NCBI GenBank assembly: GCA_965285935.1
Contig: OZ260667.1
Span: 8,308,001 to 8,372,000, forward strand
Length of the DNA: 64,000 bases
Source: Ophelia neglecta
Lineage: Eukaryota
Direction of reading: 5' to 3'
Under the pieces are notes generated by a model, which saw only the letters and a list, made by a program, of their open reading frames with translations, made no database searches and was not told the DNA's origin. The position numbers were made by a program, and so were the translations under genes. Below, one piece after another: positions 24,300 to 36,876 of the stretch; the stretch's first letter is position 1, and each line of letters opens with the position of its first letter.

Positions 24300-26079
24300 G
24301 GCGCCCGTTAAAACATAAGCTTCTTACCTAGAAAACAACCAAGCCTGCCTATAGCCCTGGCTTAGAGCAGGATTGTTATTTCCCTCGGTAATGTCCCATT
24401 ATTATATTTCAACCATATAAACAAAGACATCCATCCCGATTAATACTTTTAATGGTTTCTAGGGCCGCAATATAGGAGGTAGTTGGCCCGGTGAACTTCT
24501 AGGATGAGTGAGCAAACATTTTAGTATTACCCGTCTGTGTTTAAAGATTCCGATTCAGCACCCCCTATTGTTTGGTTACCATGGTTTCGCTGTATTGACC
24601 CCCTTTTACAGCATATTTGGTAGAGTTTTGACCCCAATTGTTGGGAATAATACATAATGTAGAATTTTCACCCAAACTGTTTTGAAAACAAAATGTAGCG
24701 CTTTGACCATAGTTTTGATCCTCTGGGTTTGACCCCATAATTCATTTTAATATACAGTTTTGACCCCGTAAGTTTTAGCCTCGATGTAGAGTTCGTTTTT
24801 TTTAAGTTGACAGGGCACATGTATATGTAACCATTCTGAAGGCCAGTACCGTCACCCCCTCCCCTACCCTTAGCCAGGCCATTCGGTCTGCAGAAACCAC
24901 ATTTTGATAAATTTTGAAAAAAGAAATTGTGCAATTTAATGATATACTTTAACCTGTTTTAACCCACCTGTGTACGAACATTGCTGGTAAATGTCTTCTG
25001 TATAGAAAAAAACTCATAGAATAAAACAACGATTGAAGGCCAGTAGGCTTGCCTTTATCTAGCCGTATGAAAGCACTGCCCCGCCACATTCTTCCACAGA
25101 CCGGGCCGCGGAAGACCGAAGACTGCCGTCCTTAATGGTAAAGTAGTATAAATTCGCATAAACAGCATTATTCTTACTGGCCGGAATTAAACAGAATTAT
25201 GCAAATTATTATTAATAATACATTATATTGCCCGAAATAAGCCAACTTTTAGCGGGGAATTAAAATACGCGCGAAATTAACTGGCTTTACTTTATGTATC
25301 GACGACAGTAGGCCTACATTGCCGTCTATACAAACCATAGGCCCACGGCTTTTTATGGCGCGGTCCCTGCCATGGCGATGTGAGTTACGGTTGTCTGTAC
25401 CCGAAGGGCAGTGATCTGATGTTGTCTGATCTCCCGGGCGGTGATCTACTGTTTTCTGTGCCCCAGAAGCGGTAAGCTGCTGTTTCGTCTGACCCCAGGG
25501 GCGGACCTTGCTTCCATCAATTTATGAGATGGGCCATAAATATGACCCCATAATAAGTTTCAATGAGTTCTGACTCCATATTAAAACATAATGTTGTAGC
25601 CACTTTTAAAAAGTGAGCAGAGGGCGGCCTACCAGCGTAAAAACGGGACCAACAGACGAAGTAAAATCATGAGTCGAGAACAGTCCATTAAGTCGTACCG
25701 AAATCGCCTGGAACCAGCAGATATATTTGGACTACATTGACACAAGTCCAGTCTGGGTAAACGGCGCGTTACACGGCGGGAGCAACCATTTACTCACACT
25801 ACATGTTACGCTCTCCGAGGCAATGTATACAAGAAAAAATGTACTTCCTAACCTCCCAACCTCCAGCCCCAAAACCCAGGGCCTAGGCACGTCAGTTGGC
25901 AATCGGTATTAAGACAGGAACGAAAACGATAGATTTGGTTATTCTACGGGGGCATTCCGGAAAAGGTAGGAAGCGAAGATTTTTTGGAGGATGTGGCAAC
26001 CCGTATTCAGCAATTTTAGAAGAACCCATCCCCCCCCCCGGCCACGGTGCCAACTTACACGCCCCTCTAAAAGAGTACA

Positions 26080-26580
26080 CTCGTCCCACGACTTGCGTAC
26101 CCCAGACAACACCGTGAGTAGACTTTCCAACGATATCTCAGAGAGAACATCTTCCAACGACCGCGTTACCCCCTGCCCCAGATGCCCCTTTCAGATTGTA
26201 CACTTTTCCCATGAACTCGATAACCCCAGACGCTCCTATCAGAGGGTGCATGCACTTTTCCCACGACCTTGATTACCACAGACGCTCCTATCAGAGGGTG
26301 CATGCACTTTTCCCACGACCCTGATAACCACAGACGCCCCCTGAGAGAATACACCTCCTCAGGACCTGGATACCCCGAAAGCCCCTCTGAGATGGTACAG
26401 CGTTTCCAAGTACCCCTTCCCAGGGCAGTGATTTCCCCTCTCGACTCCCCTCTCAGGGAGTACATCTTTCCGCGACTTCGATACACCCAGGCGCCCCTCT
26501 GAAGTACACCTTTCCCACGACCTCATTACCCCCTTAGGTCCTTTTCAGAGAGCACTTCCCTTACACGACACCCCCTCCTA
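26080..26580. repeat. Degenerate C-rich minisatellite (about 50-60 bp)
   Basis: Recurrent ttttcccacgacc...cagacgc.cct.tcagag units. Confidence 0.7.
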
Positions 26581-27030
26581 CCCCTGTTTACACACTCGTT
26601 GGGCGCATGGAACCACATTGTGTTTCCAATTGATTGTCAATCTTTGTTCAGCTTCGATTAGTTGATGTACATGCGCACCAATAAGCCAATGCCAAACTTG
26701 TGTGATAGGCATTGGTTCCTAATCATTGATTTCATCTTCTCCGGTGAGAAAAACGGGAATCTTAGATTTGGGAGAAACAAGACCTGGATCTTCTAAACAG
26801 CCAGTCTCTCATGTAGAGAGTGTCTGCCGCTCTCAAATTAAACCAGCTAGGAAGCTCAGAAAATTATGCCAATGTCTAAGAGAATAGAGAATCCAAATTT
26901 AATCAAATAGTTGCCCTTAATATAACACTTATCCTTAGTTTATCTATGGTTAAAAAGAGGCCCAAAGTACCCCGGTGTGGGGTCATGTTATATGATAGTT
27001 AATCCGCATTCCCAATAAATATTCCCTAAA

Positions 27031-27165
27031 GCGTGGCCGAGTGGTTAGAGCGTCCGCCTCGCAAGTGGTATCGGGCTTCAAATCCCGATCGCGTCAAACC
27101 CAAGACGTAAAAATAGGTACTGATAGCTCCCCTGCCAGGCGCCCGGTATTTCGGGGGTAGTATCA
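27031..27165 (+). mobile_element. tRNA-derived SINE, 5' part
   Basis: A box TGGCCGAGTGG, B-box-like GCTTCAAATCC; near-identical to about 34506-34620. Confidence 0.75.
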
Positions 27166-27629
27166 GCGTCAGTAAAGAATTCCTGATACAATACAAATCA
27201 AGCGTTTTTATTGAGAGCTGCTGGCCACACCGATCTCCGAATACCGGTGGAATACATTTGAAAAAAGGTCACACCGAGCCTGTTTCCGTTTAAACAACAC
27301 GACATCAGTAGTATAGACAACGGCCCGACTCACATACACTTAATGGTTCTGTATAGTACACTACTGATGTGCACCACTCCATATACACCACTGGCGCTAC
27401 CCTTTTCTCGTTTTACAAAAAAGCTAAGGCTTATGTTCTAGTTCTATAGAACAGGTTGATCTTCTAAAAGCAAGTTTCATTGCTATGTAAATATAATTGT
27501 CAAAAGTTTAGGGTTGATTGTATTTACTTAAACTTTACCTAATGATATACCAAAACATACGCTTCAGGCAACTAATTGCACCGAGTCTGCTTAACGGTTT
27601 GATATACACATTACTATAGCAGTGTCCTT

Positions 27630-29522
27630 TATTTATTTATTTGCCTGTATGCCTCCTTACAGAAGAGTATAGTATATTTATTAAAGGTACATCAAGTGAA
27701 AATAATCGAGAGACGATAAATAAACAAGTGTAACGCATAGAATCAAGAATGGTAAAAAAAAGTTGGAAAGGAAAGCACAGTGCTCATCCCTATCATAGCC
27801 CCCCCCCCCCCCCCCCGACCCACTCCCATCCCACCCCACTCCCATACCGTGATCGTTATGTGACAGGTGCCGCCGCGTCCGTCAAAAGTTTTCTGCGGAC
27901 ACGTAAGACTTGGTGTACCGCTTCAGCAAATTCGATGGACGGATGGCGGAAGAGGTCCAAAAGCAAGGCGTCAGCTCCCCTGCCCGCCAACATACACCGG
28001 AGGGACGACTGACCCTCCCTCAAGCTCTCGCACCATAGCAAAGTGTGGCTTACAGACTGAGGGTTCTCACACAACTCGCACAGCGCAGAACCGAAGCCAA
28101 GCCCAACCCCCACCAGCAATTTTAAGACCTCTCTGCACTGCCGAGTCTGCGTGGAGATTCTAACGTAAGGATCCACCAGGGGCTAATTGTAATTGACAAA
28201 TTAACCTCTCTAAACAGTGCCAATGATGGACGGAGAAAGCACTCGAACCGCCACCTGGAATGTTCCGCGATGGAGATCGCGCTTTTAATTTGCCTGGACC
28301 ATTCTGCCTTATGAGGGGCGCTCCCACTCTCTAGCACAGCAGAGATTTCCCCTACTAGCTGGTATTCGACACACGTGTGGTATGCCATAGTTATTGGGCT
28401 ATTGGGACCTGTAGACTTGCCCGAGGAACATTGTGTTAGGACGGTAATAGCCACCCTCCTGTAAAGTGTGTCACTGGGTTGAGCGAGAAGGTTCCGGAGG
28501 AGCAGCATTCTCCTCCTGTCGATGTAAGACTTAATTGTGTACCAGCCTAGCGTTGCGAGCACGGCAGCATTAGGGGCAGAATCCCGGAAGCCCTGGACAG
28601 CGCGGGCAAATTTTCTGTGCAAGGACTCCATTTTAGCTAACTGGTCGGTAGACAAGGGGACTAACTCAAGGCCGTAGAGCCAAGAGGGCACAATCACAGT
28701 GTAGTAAAGCTTTGTTGCGAGGATGGGGTTAACACCTCCTGGGCCCGCCAGCCCGAACATCGAATAGACCTTCTGTTTAGCCCCTACGGCGCGACACTCC
28801 AGGGCTGAATTTAGGTCTTGTCTGGTGGACACGAGGGGTATCCCCATATGGAGAACACTACCTACAAGGGGCAACTGATCTGGTCCAAGGGTGACGGCCG
28901 GCATGTCATGGCGCTTAGTGTGCGGCCCTGGGGGATACAGTACCATGAATTCGCATTTCTTTGCGTTGAACACCAACCGCCATTTTGACGAATACTCTAC
29001 GGCAATATTAATTAAACATTGGGCGTTTTTAGGCGACAGAGAGAATAGACTTATATCATCTGCATAGGATGGGTCTGTAACTGGCTCATCGAACATATAA
29101 ATACCATAGTCACTATCATGCAGGGCAGTAACCAGGCCAGCGTAGTGAACCAGGAAGGCTAGCATACTAAGTATGCCACCCTGGAGGATACCCTGCCCCA
29201 GACTAAAGGAGTCGGAAAGTTGGTAATCCAGGTACACTCTAGCCTTGAGATTCTTGTACCATAACGAGAGGAGCGTCCATATCTTACCATATACGCCCAG
29301 ATTGTAAAGTTTATATAGGAGGCCGTCCAACCACACAGTGTCGAAGGCCTTTCTACAATCAAGAAGGACGACAAAGACGGGAGAATCTCGGCTAGTGCAA
29401 TATTCAATGGCCTCACGCAGAAGTAAACTTGTTTCAACACTCGAACTGTGCAGGATGGCCGCCCCTTGTGTCACTCCCAGCTTGTCATTTGACCTGATAA
29501 AGGCTCCTTTATAACCAAACAC
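27630..29522 (-). mobile_element. 5'-truncated non-LTR retrotransposon (LINE) with RT domain, frameshifted near the C terminus
   Basis: ORF 28122-29522 has RT motifs (LLDCRKAFDTV, GILQGGILS, YADD, FNAKKC). A second frame 27856-28176 continues with CELC...HTLLWC. (TAAA)n-like tail at about 27630-27642. Confidence 0.92.
28122..29522 (-). CDS. LINE reverse transcriptase (partial ORF2)
   Basis: 466-aa ORF with YADD; no endonuclease domain upstream. Confidence 0.9.
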   Translation of the reverse strand: MFGYKGAFIRSNDKLGVTQGAAILHSSSVETSLLLREAIEYCTSRDSPVFVVLLDCRKAFDTVWLDGLLYKLYNLGVYGKIWTLLSLWYKNLKARVYLDYQLSDSFSLGQGILQGGILSMLAFLVHYAGLVTALHDSDYGIYMFDEPVTDPSYADDISLFSLSPKNAQCLINIAVEYSSKWRLVFNAKKCEFMVLYPPGPHTKRHDMPAVTLGPDQLPLVGSVLHMGIPLVSTRQDLNSALECRAVGAKQKVYSMFGLAGPGGVNPILATKLYYTVIVPSWLYGLELVPLSTDQLAKMESLHRKFARAVQGFRDSAPNAAVLATLGWYTIKSYIDRRRMLLLRNLLAQPSDTLYRRVAITVLTQCSSGKSTGPNSPITMAYHTCVEYQLVGEISAVLESGSAPHKAEWSRQIKSAISIAEHSRWRFECFLRPSLALFREVNLSITISPWWILTLESPRRLGSAERS

Positions 29523-30679
29523 TCAACTGATTAATAACCATTAATCATTGGGATGACTACCTTAATGACCAAGCTGCATATTACCCTTCGCAGCAGAGGC
29601 TAATGCTTATCGCATAGCTTCTCCGCATCACCTACAGGCGAAGAGAACGGAGCTGTGTACTCTGCTACGAAGGGAAGCTGCATATAAGCATAGTCCTTTT
29701 ATGTGCCACAGTCTAATCCAATACTTTACTAATTCTTCAAAGTAGTGTTTTGAGCTCGGATAACATACTTTATGGCACATAGTCCGCAAGATATTGGGGG
29801 CGATTTCTCTGTCTACCGGAGCGCCTGGGAGCCTCAGAGATATCCACCACGGGCCTTGCAGGTTCAACTAGCTTCAGTGTAGGATCTTAAAAGCCTAAAC
29901 CGTGGAGGCCGTCCCATTTATTTCGGCCTATTAGGGGATGTATTCAAGTATAGGTGATAACACAAATTGAAACATATTTTAATACATACTGCCAAGGTTT
30001 CAAGCTTATTTTGATTAATTAATTTTTTGGCTATGCAATATAATGATGTAATCAGGTATATTTACCTGTAGAAGCCCACCTGTATAAAAATAATGTGTTT
30101 CTGTTACCATTAAAGAAACGGTGTCGGATTTCATTTCGCCCTAAGATAAAATCCCAGTTTGGGACCATCCCATGAATTTAGGAATACGTGCACAGCCTAT
30201 AGTTATTGATTTCTTTTGTATAGGACGTTTAAATTAGTTGTGACATAAATTGAAATACATCAAAGAACATTCCAAGACAGCATATACATGTACTAGAAAT
30301 TGTTTTAGCTTGTGTGACAACTGACTAACACGCCCTATTAAACAGAACATGGCTATAAAACCAAAGTTTCCTGCCTGTAAAAACACGTGTGGAGATTTTC
30401 GACGAGATGCCATGCTTCCAAAATACTACAGTTAACACTTTATTAGTCATCTGACATTAGTTTACCCCCATAACAAAGATATCATCAGAACTACCTAAAC
30501 ATTAGCCCTCGTAACAGAATAATATACATAGGCTAATAAATAAATAAATTAGACAAATTGAGGTATTATATATAAAATTAATTTATTAGTTTCTTTTTGT
30601 AGTTTATGTATTAACTGTTCATGAATATCATGAACTTTTTTGGGCATTATATGTTTTAGATCCATGGTTCATGTATATC

Positions 30680-32512
30680 ATGAACATTTTTTTTAGTTTT
30701 TCCCTCCTTTTTTCAGTTTTCCTGTATATGTTTCCATGGTCCTTCAATCATATTGATATGAATGACTTTTTTTTCGGTTTTCCGTTTTTCCAGCCTTGTT
30801 TCAATACAGATATTATCGACACCAGAGTGTCTGTACTCAAGTGTTCATCAGCATCTCAATACACGTCCTTTCTTCATCACCGCCGAGGAGCTTCAAATCG
30901 GCTGTGTGATTCTAGCTGACTTCATCATCATCATCGTCATCATCATCTTCCAACTTCCTTTTTTTATTGCCACCTTTTTTAAAAACCAGCGGCGCAATAT
31001 TTTTTTCTCAGAATTTTATAACTTTAATGTTCCAAGAGCCAGCCGAGACTCGTATGACACCATGCATGTTGTCTCTTGCACTGCAGTCCGAACAAATGTC
31101 ACCGAATAGATTACTTGGCCTGTTCTCCTGGCCTGATTAGAAGCTCTTTTACCACCAGGGGTGTTGTTTTTTTTCATCAGGATTTTATTTTTTCACACTC
31201 CATGCGCTAGCCCAGACTAGTGGCGCCGTGAGTGTTGACTGCGCTGCTGTCCACATAGCGGTCGGTATATAGCTCGGATTGCATGTTCCCGGGCGCGATC
31301 TTTAAGCTCTAGAGTTGTACATAGACCTCCTGTTGGGACCCTCAAACCAGGCATCTATCGAGAACCCGCCAGGAAGTTGAGGATTGTTGGCTACGAATAG
31401 CTCATCAATGTTGTCTGGGTGAAACGGGTCATTAGGGCCCGGGACGACTGGCATCCCAACAAACATGTACTGCACAGCCGCGTCGTGCTGGAACCTCTCA
31501 TCATCATCATCGGGATCAGCGTCCGACACTGTAAGGAAGAAAACAATACGGTCAACCACAATTATTTGACGACTAGAAATGTTAGGAAATGCCGCAAGAG
31601 TTTTTGATGGCGGGAAATTTTGGGAAGACAGCCGAACGTATAAACAAGGGAAATAGTTTGTAAGAATTACACTATTTGAAAAAAAAATTCATAGTGATTT
31701 TGCTTATTTTAATATAGGCCGATGTAGTCTTACAAAGAATTTAATTAGAGCTGTGTCCCTGCACGCCATATCACAAGCTGATCATGGTATGCATCATCGT
31801 TTTTTTTCGCCACAACAGGCCTGATTTTTTACCAGTACGCAAGTCCGCGTTGAAGTGACAAAATTGATATATTCCCGTTGACTTCGCAAAAGTCAGGAAA
31901 ATGATGTCCGGCTTTTAAATATAAAACCAGTAATTCCTAAATTAAACAAAATTGCATTGGCTTCAAAAGAGCGGGAATAAGTTATAAAGATCACAGGGCA
32001 ATGAAACCACTTATACTTGTTAATTTCAGTGCAGCAGAGAATTTTGAAAACAAGTAAGGGTTTTCATAGTTGGAGAGAAAAAAGTTAGTCGCTCAGGCTT
32101 AGGCATCCTCTTCTATGTATTTTTACCAAAAACCAGGTCTAAGGTCGCGCGCGAGAAAAAAAGGTTCCCGCCAACATATTTCCATTAGCCCCCCCCCCCC
32201 CCCCTGTCGCGCTTCCCCATGGGGTGTCTCGTTCAGTACATATCAACTTCTTTACAGGATATAGATTCTTAGTATAGAGTAGACCTATTTTCAAATGCCA
32301 GAGCAAAGTAAATACACTTTTGTATAATATTTATCTTGCGATGCATGTGTTTTATAGTTTTTTTTATTCATAAATTAAATTTAAAAGAAATGCAGTAAAT
32401 CTTACCGAATTTGCTGGGGTTAAACAGGTAGGTAAGAAGTGTTATTCCAAACATGAACATCTTGGAGATTTGTAAAGCTTTTGTCGTTCTGATGTTGCTT
32501 TGTCAATATGAC
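30680..32512 (-). pseudogene. Orphan spliced or decayed gene of unknown (possibly TE or viral) origin
   Basis: Exon 32512-32406 (MFMFGITLLTYLFNPSKF, gtaaga donor) is phase-compatible with 31528-31302 (SDADPDDDDERF...). Downstream coding-like pieces include GGNKKRKLEDDDDDDDDEVS*. Confidence 0.35.
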
Positions 32513-33631
32513 TGAAAAACAAGATAAAAGAAAGTTTTAATTACACAGAAATTACCAAAAACATGATAATGTATTACCACAATAGTTATGCACAGAAAAT
32601 AAAATTAACAAAAGAGTAGTTGTAGTATTAAAAGAGAAAAATTTGTAGATGAAATAGATAAACAATTGATGTGCATCTTACCTTTCTGAAGTTAGAAGAA
32701 AGTTGTTGGTTTCCCGGACTGTTTCTACGGCGACATTGTGACGTCATAGACGCTCATCGTTTCAGCAATGTTCGGGAATCCTCGGCCAAATATTGACGTT
32801 ATTTATTTTTTTAATTTGTTCTACTCGCGTCGTCCACGGTTCCGAGATTAAGCAGGATGCTTCTCCTAAGTCCACAAAAGATTTTTTCAATACTTTAATG
32901 AATGGGTCCAACATTTTGAAAGACAAATAGGGCTTATGTGAGAAGATACATAACGTTAAATTGACTGCTAAAGATACTTCGCAAGGAAATTTACAAGGCT
33001 GGACCGTCGGTTGCCATCCAAGCAAAAGTAGGGCCTTCTTGCTAGAACAGGTGGTGCCACCAAGTATTGGATGAACCCCCTCACCTCCAATGATTTGTCA
33101 CCCATAATTATTTCAAACCCTTAATCATTTAACTGTTGTGAGTCGCATTTGAATAAAAATTTTAATCCCCTAAACTCTACCGACTCAAGCCTAGCTGCCG
33201 CAAGTAGGAACATATATATAGTGTCGACATGGCCGATTTTGTCCGTGGCCGTTTGGGTAATCCCGCTTTGGTTGTGCCGGTGGTTATCGATTACGGAAAT
33301 AATGCTGCCATACTTTTAACAAATTATTTCTAGGCCTGCAATTAGTTGGCATTCAAGGTGTGATTATTTCATCTTCCAGACTAATCCAGCTGTGCAGGAT
33401 GTGAGCGATTCGCTGTAACGGACGCAGTTACCATATGCCGTTACCTAATACTACAAATTTTGGAGGTCCGCGTTCGCTGTTCACGCGTCTGCCGATTCAG
33501 AACAGCCCCTCCCATTTATGAAATTTTATCCTTTGTTTATCTATGTTTAAAAAAAACCAACAGTACTCCGGTCTGGGGTTGATTTTACATGATTGTTAAT
33601 CCGCATTCCCACTAAGAATTCACCAAATTAG

Positions 33632-34487
33632 GAAATGAAACTCAAGCCATTTCCTAATTCCAGTTCCTAGTTCCTTATTCGAAATAAACCTACCAACCTA
33701 GATCTAATCACACAATATCACAATATTATGACCCCTAGTGATCTTTTCTTGGCCCATCATGAATTAGGAAATGGCACTTACCGATTCACTATTCATTAAA
33801 CGCTGAGAGTAAGTAAATATCCATTTGAATTCCAGACAACTTCCAGTATCTTCTAGTGATGACTTATCTCCCCTGGTATACCTACCAGATCATTAGACAC
33901 AAAGACAACGCGATTTTTCACCATTATTTGCACATTGAAAACACAAAGTCGAACTAGGAACTAGGAACTAGGAAATGGCCAGTTCCTAGTTCGAATCCCC
34001 AGTTCCTTATTCAAAAAACGATTTAAAAAAAATCACTTTGAAAGTAGCTGAATCAACCATATTTTATCTCCAAAGTACATTTCCGGCCTTATTCCGGCAT
34101 AATTCATGATGGTCCAGAAAATTTTGCCACGGGTACTTGTGTTTTATAGGCGTTTTACGCTCCCAGGATCATTTCTAGATGGCCAATTTTGCATGTTTTT
34201 TCCCTCAAATTTTATACCCCCTCCGACCTCTGCCTTCCCGGCGGCGCCCGGTAGGCTAACCCGGCTGGCGGCCTCTTTCCCCTCAACTTTCAATGGGCGA
34301 AAAAGGGCCAAATACCGCCGGATTTTGATACTTTTTGGGCAGAAATGATCACTAGGGGTCAAAATATTGTGATATTGTGTGCTTAGATCTGAGTTGGTAG
34401 GTTTATTTCGAATAAGGAACTAGGAACTGGAATTAGGAAATGGCTTGAGTTTCATTTCTTGATTCGAACTAGGAACTAGGAACTAGT
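33632..34487. mobile_element. MITE/foldback with about 112-bp TIRs and GAACTAG repeats
   Basis: 33632-33743 is the reverse complement of 34347-34458; GAACTAG repeats at about 33951 and 34466. Confidence 0.8.
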
Positions 34488-34505
34488 AAATCACTTGAGT
34501 CTGAT

Positions 34506-34810
34506 GCCTCGCAAGTGGTAGATCGGGGTTCAAATCCCGATCGCGTCAAACCCAAGACGTAAAACAATAGGTACTGATAGCTCCCCTGCCAGGCGCCCGG
34601 TATTTCGGGGGTAGTATCATGACTGGTCAACCCGGTGTCAGTATAATGTGACTGGGAGGGGTACCCTGTCTGATGTCTACGGCAGGTACTCCAGTGAGGC
34701 AGCATTATAAAGAGGGCATTGGGCCCACTGTCACAAGTAGGCATCGTGGCGATATGACCATATAAGTGTTGAGAGCTACGTAAAAGACCCAAACAACCAA
34801 CAAACCAACC
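34506..34810 (+). mobile_element. tRNA-derived SINE lacking its A box, Meta/MESC-like core, CAAAC/CAAC-rich tail
   Basis: B box GGTTCAAATCC, core with GGTGTCAGTATAATGTGACTGGG, tail caaacaaccaacaaaccaacc. The Meta/MESC assignment is from memory and unverified. Confidence 0.75.
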
Positions 34811-36876
34811 ACAAGCACGCTACTAACGTTATGTATAAACTACTTAGTCCACTAATATCACAATTTTGTCTTATTCATCTGCTGTGTCTTATGAAACTTG
34901 TATGGGGCGCTTATTCATTAAGCTGTGCAGGGAGTTTAATATTATTCCACAGATTGCTTCTTTTTTTTTAAACCTATTATCGACGTCAATATCATTGACA
35001 ATAGTCTTAATATGAATTAAGATGTAACAGTTTTATTGCAGGATCGAAAAACACAAATCCTCCAGATGGCCAGAAAAGGATGTATATCAACTTTGCATAC
35101 AGGTCTGTTATTTAAATTGTTTTTAATTCCCTTTACATGACAATCACAACATCAAGAGTCGGGGGGCTACTAATTTTCCGAAGGACCCCTGGGCTAGGGT
35201 TTGGAATCGAAAGTTTGGTCGGAAGTCTTGGTTGCCCTGTGCCCCTGATTATATAACGGTACATTAAGCTCGCTTTTTAGGAAACAAAAGTGATGGTATG
35301 ACAAAAAAATACATATAAACACACGTGGTTCAAATGGGATTTTTTTCCACCGGAATGTTGTGTCTTCTGACCGATTAGTTTTACTGTTTTCCCTCTCACA
35401 ATATTAAGTGATATGGACCCATTGTCCTTTTAGTCTTGATGTTTTCCGTTCCACAATATTTCATTCACATGAACACAATATGCTATTTATTTATTCTCTG
35501 CTTTCTCTAGATTGTTTTTTTTATAGTGCAAATATTGCCCACTAACCATTAAGTAATATTAGTTTTCTTCTAGTAGTATCTCATTTGGTTTCATTCTTGG
35601 TGGTGTATCAGTTCATTCTCTACTATCTTTTCTATCCGACACCTGCCATTTCCTATGGATACTGTGTAGTCGTCTTGCTTCAGCCTTTGTCCAATGATTC
35701 TCCCTCAAGATAGAATTATGATTTATATCTTATCACCTTATCAGTCACATTATCTACGACCATTTTTCTAGGACAGTAGTAAGATCAGATGCTCTCTATT
35801 GGTCTAAAATTATTCCAGCCGGTGAAATGATGAAATTTCCGAAGTAGTGATGCGTGAAGTACCACGTTTATCTAACGCGGATATTACTGCTGTTAATGTT
35901 TAACATGCTTTCCAGCATGTCACGTTACAGCGAATTTTATGGATATCACCGTTACAGTCATAACATAAAGGCACATAGCTTCATACACTGTGTATGCCTT
36001 AGTGAACGTTTTCAAACCGCTATCAAAACATGTCTCAAGTATTTAGTCACAATAGTTAAACCGGGCGTAACCTCGGCAAATGGAATGCACACTGAATTCA
36101 ACATAATTATCTTGAATAGGTTAATTATTTTTACGGTTATGCGTCATAACAAGTTAGTCTGATTAGGAAAATTCCATTGCCCTTAATAAATTGGCCCGGT
36201 ATGTTCGAGATCTGTCTTTTAGTCCCAGGGTCAACGATTTTCACATCCACATTCGAAGAATAATGGATTACGCTTCAAAGAATATATACACATATATCAA
36301 AAAAGGAAAATTTTTTGTGTCCGACTGTGGAAAATTTTCGTTGATGTTGACATTAGAACAGTATAAGCGATTGGCTAATATACTGCGAGGTCTAGACAAT
36401 GGTTATGAAAAGCAAACCAAGGGAGTAATGTGGTTTATTAAGTAATTTTATCGGAGTGTGGTTATGCATCTTCTGGCCCTTGTCTTGATCTGGCTCCGGT
36501 CTTCTGTTTCTGTGTTTAACCTAAAAGGAGCTTGGTTATTCCCTAGACATGAATGTTTATTTTTGATTGATCACCAAGTTGCAGGTGCTGCAAAATGTCA
36601 GGGGGTTTTGGTCATACTGGGGTTAAAGGAAACTATCTGGTCCTTTTTTGTAATATCAGTTTATGGTAACTCAATGCGAATATCATTGACAGGATTCGAT
36701 TTGACCTCTGACATCAGACTTCAAAATATTCTCTTTGGCCATAGTCTCTTCTTTTAACTGGCCGATTTTATTTAAAAAAAGTTAGTTTGTGTTGGAAGAA
36801 ATAAACTAACAGTTGTGCTGGAACAAGAAACAAAAGAACAGAATGTTATATAGTTTTTCAACATTTGTGCCTGTTG

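Noticed and set aside
25727-26502. Cluster of overlapping GC-rich ORFs
   Set aside because: No recognisable motifs; mostly explained by the degenerate minisatellite.
27031-27100. Possible tRNA gene
   Set aside because: A/B boxes run into a SINE body shared with 34506-34810; no convincing cloverleaf.
35854-36757. Three consecutive plus-strand ORFs resembling an operon
   Set aside because: No domain motifs, non-ATG starts, low coding character.
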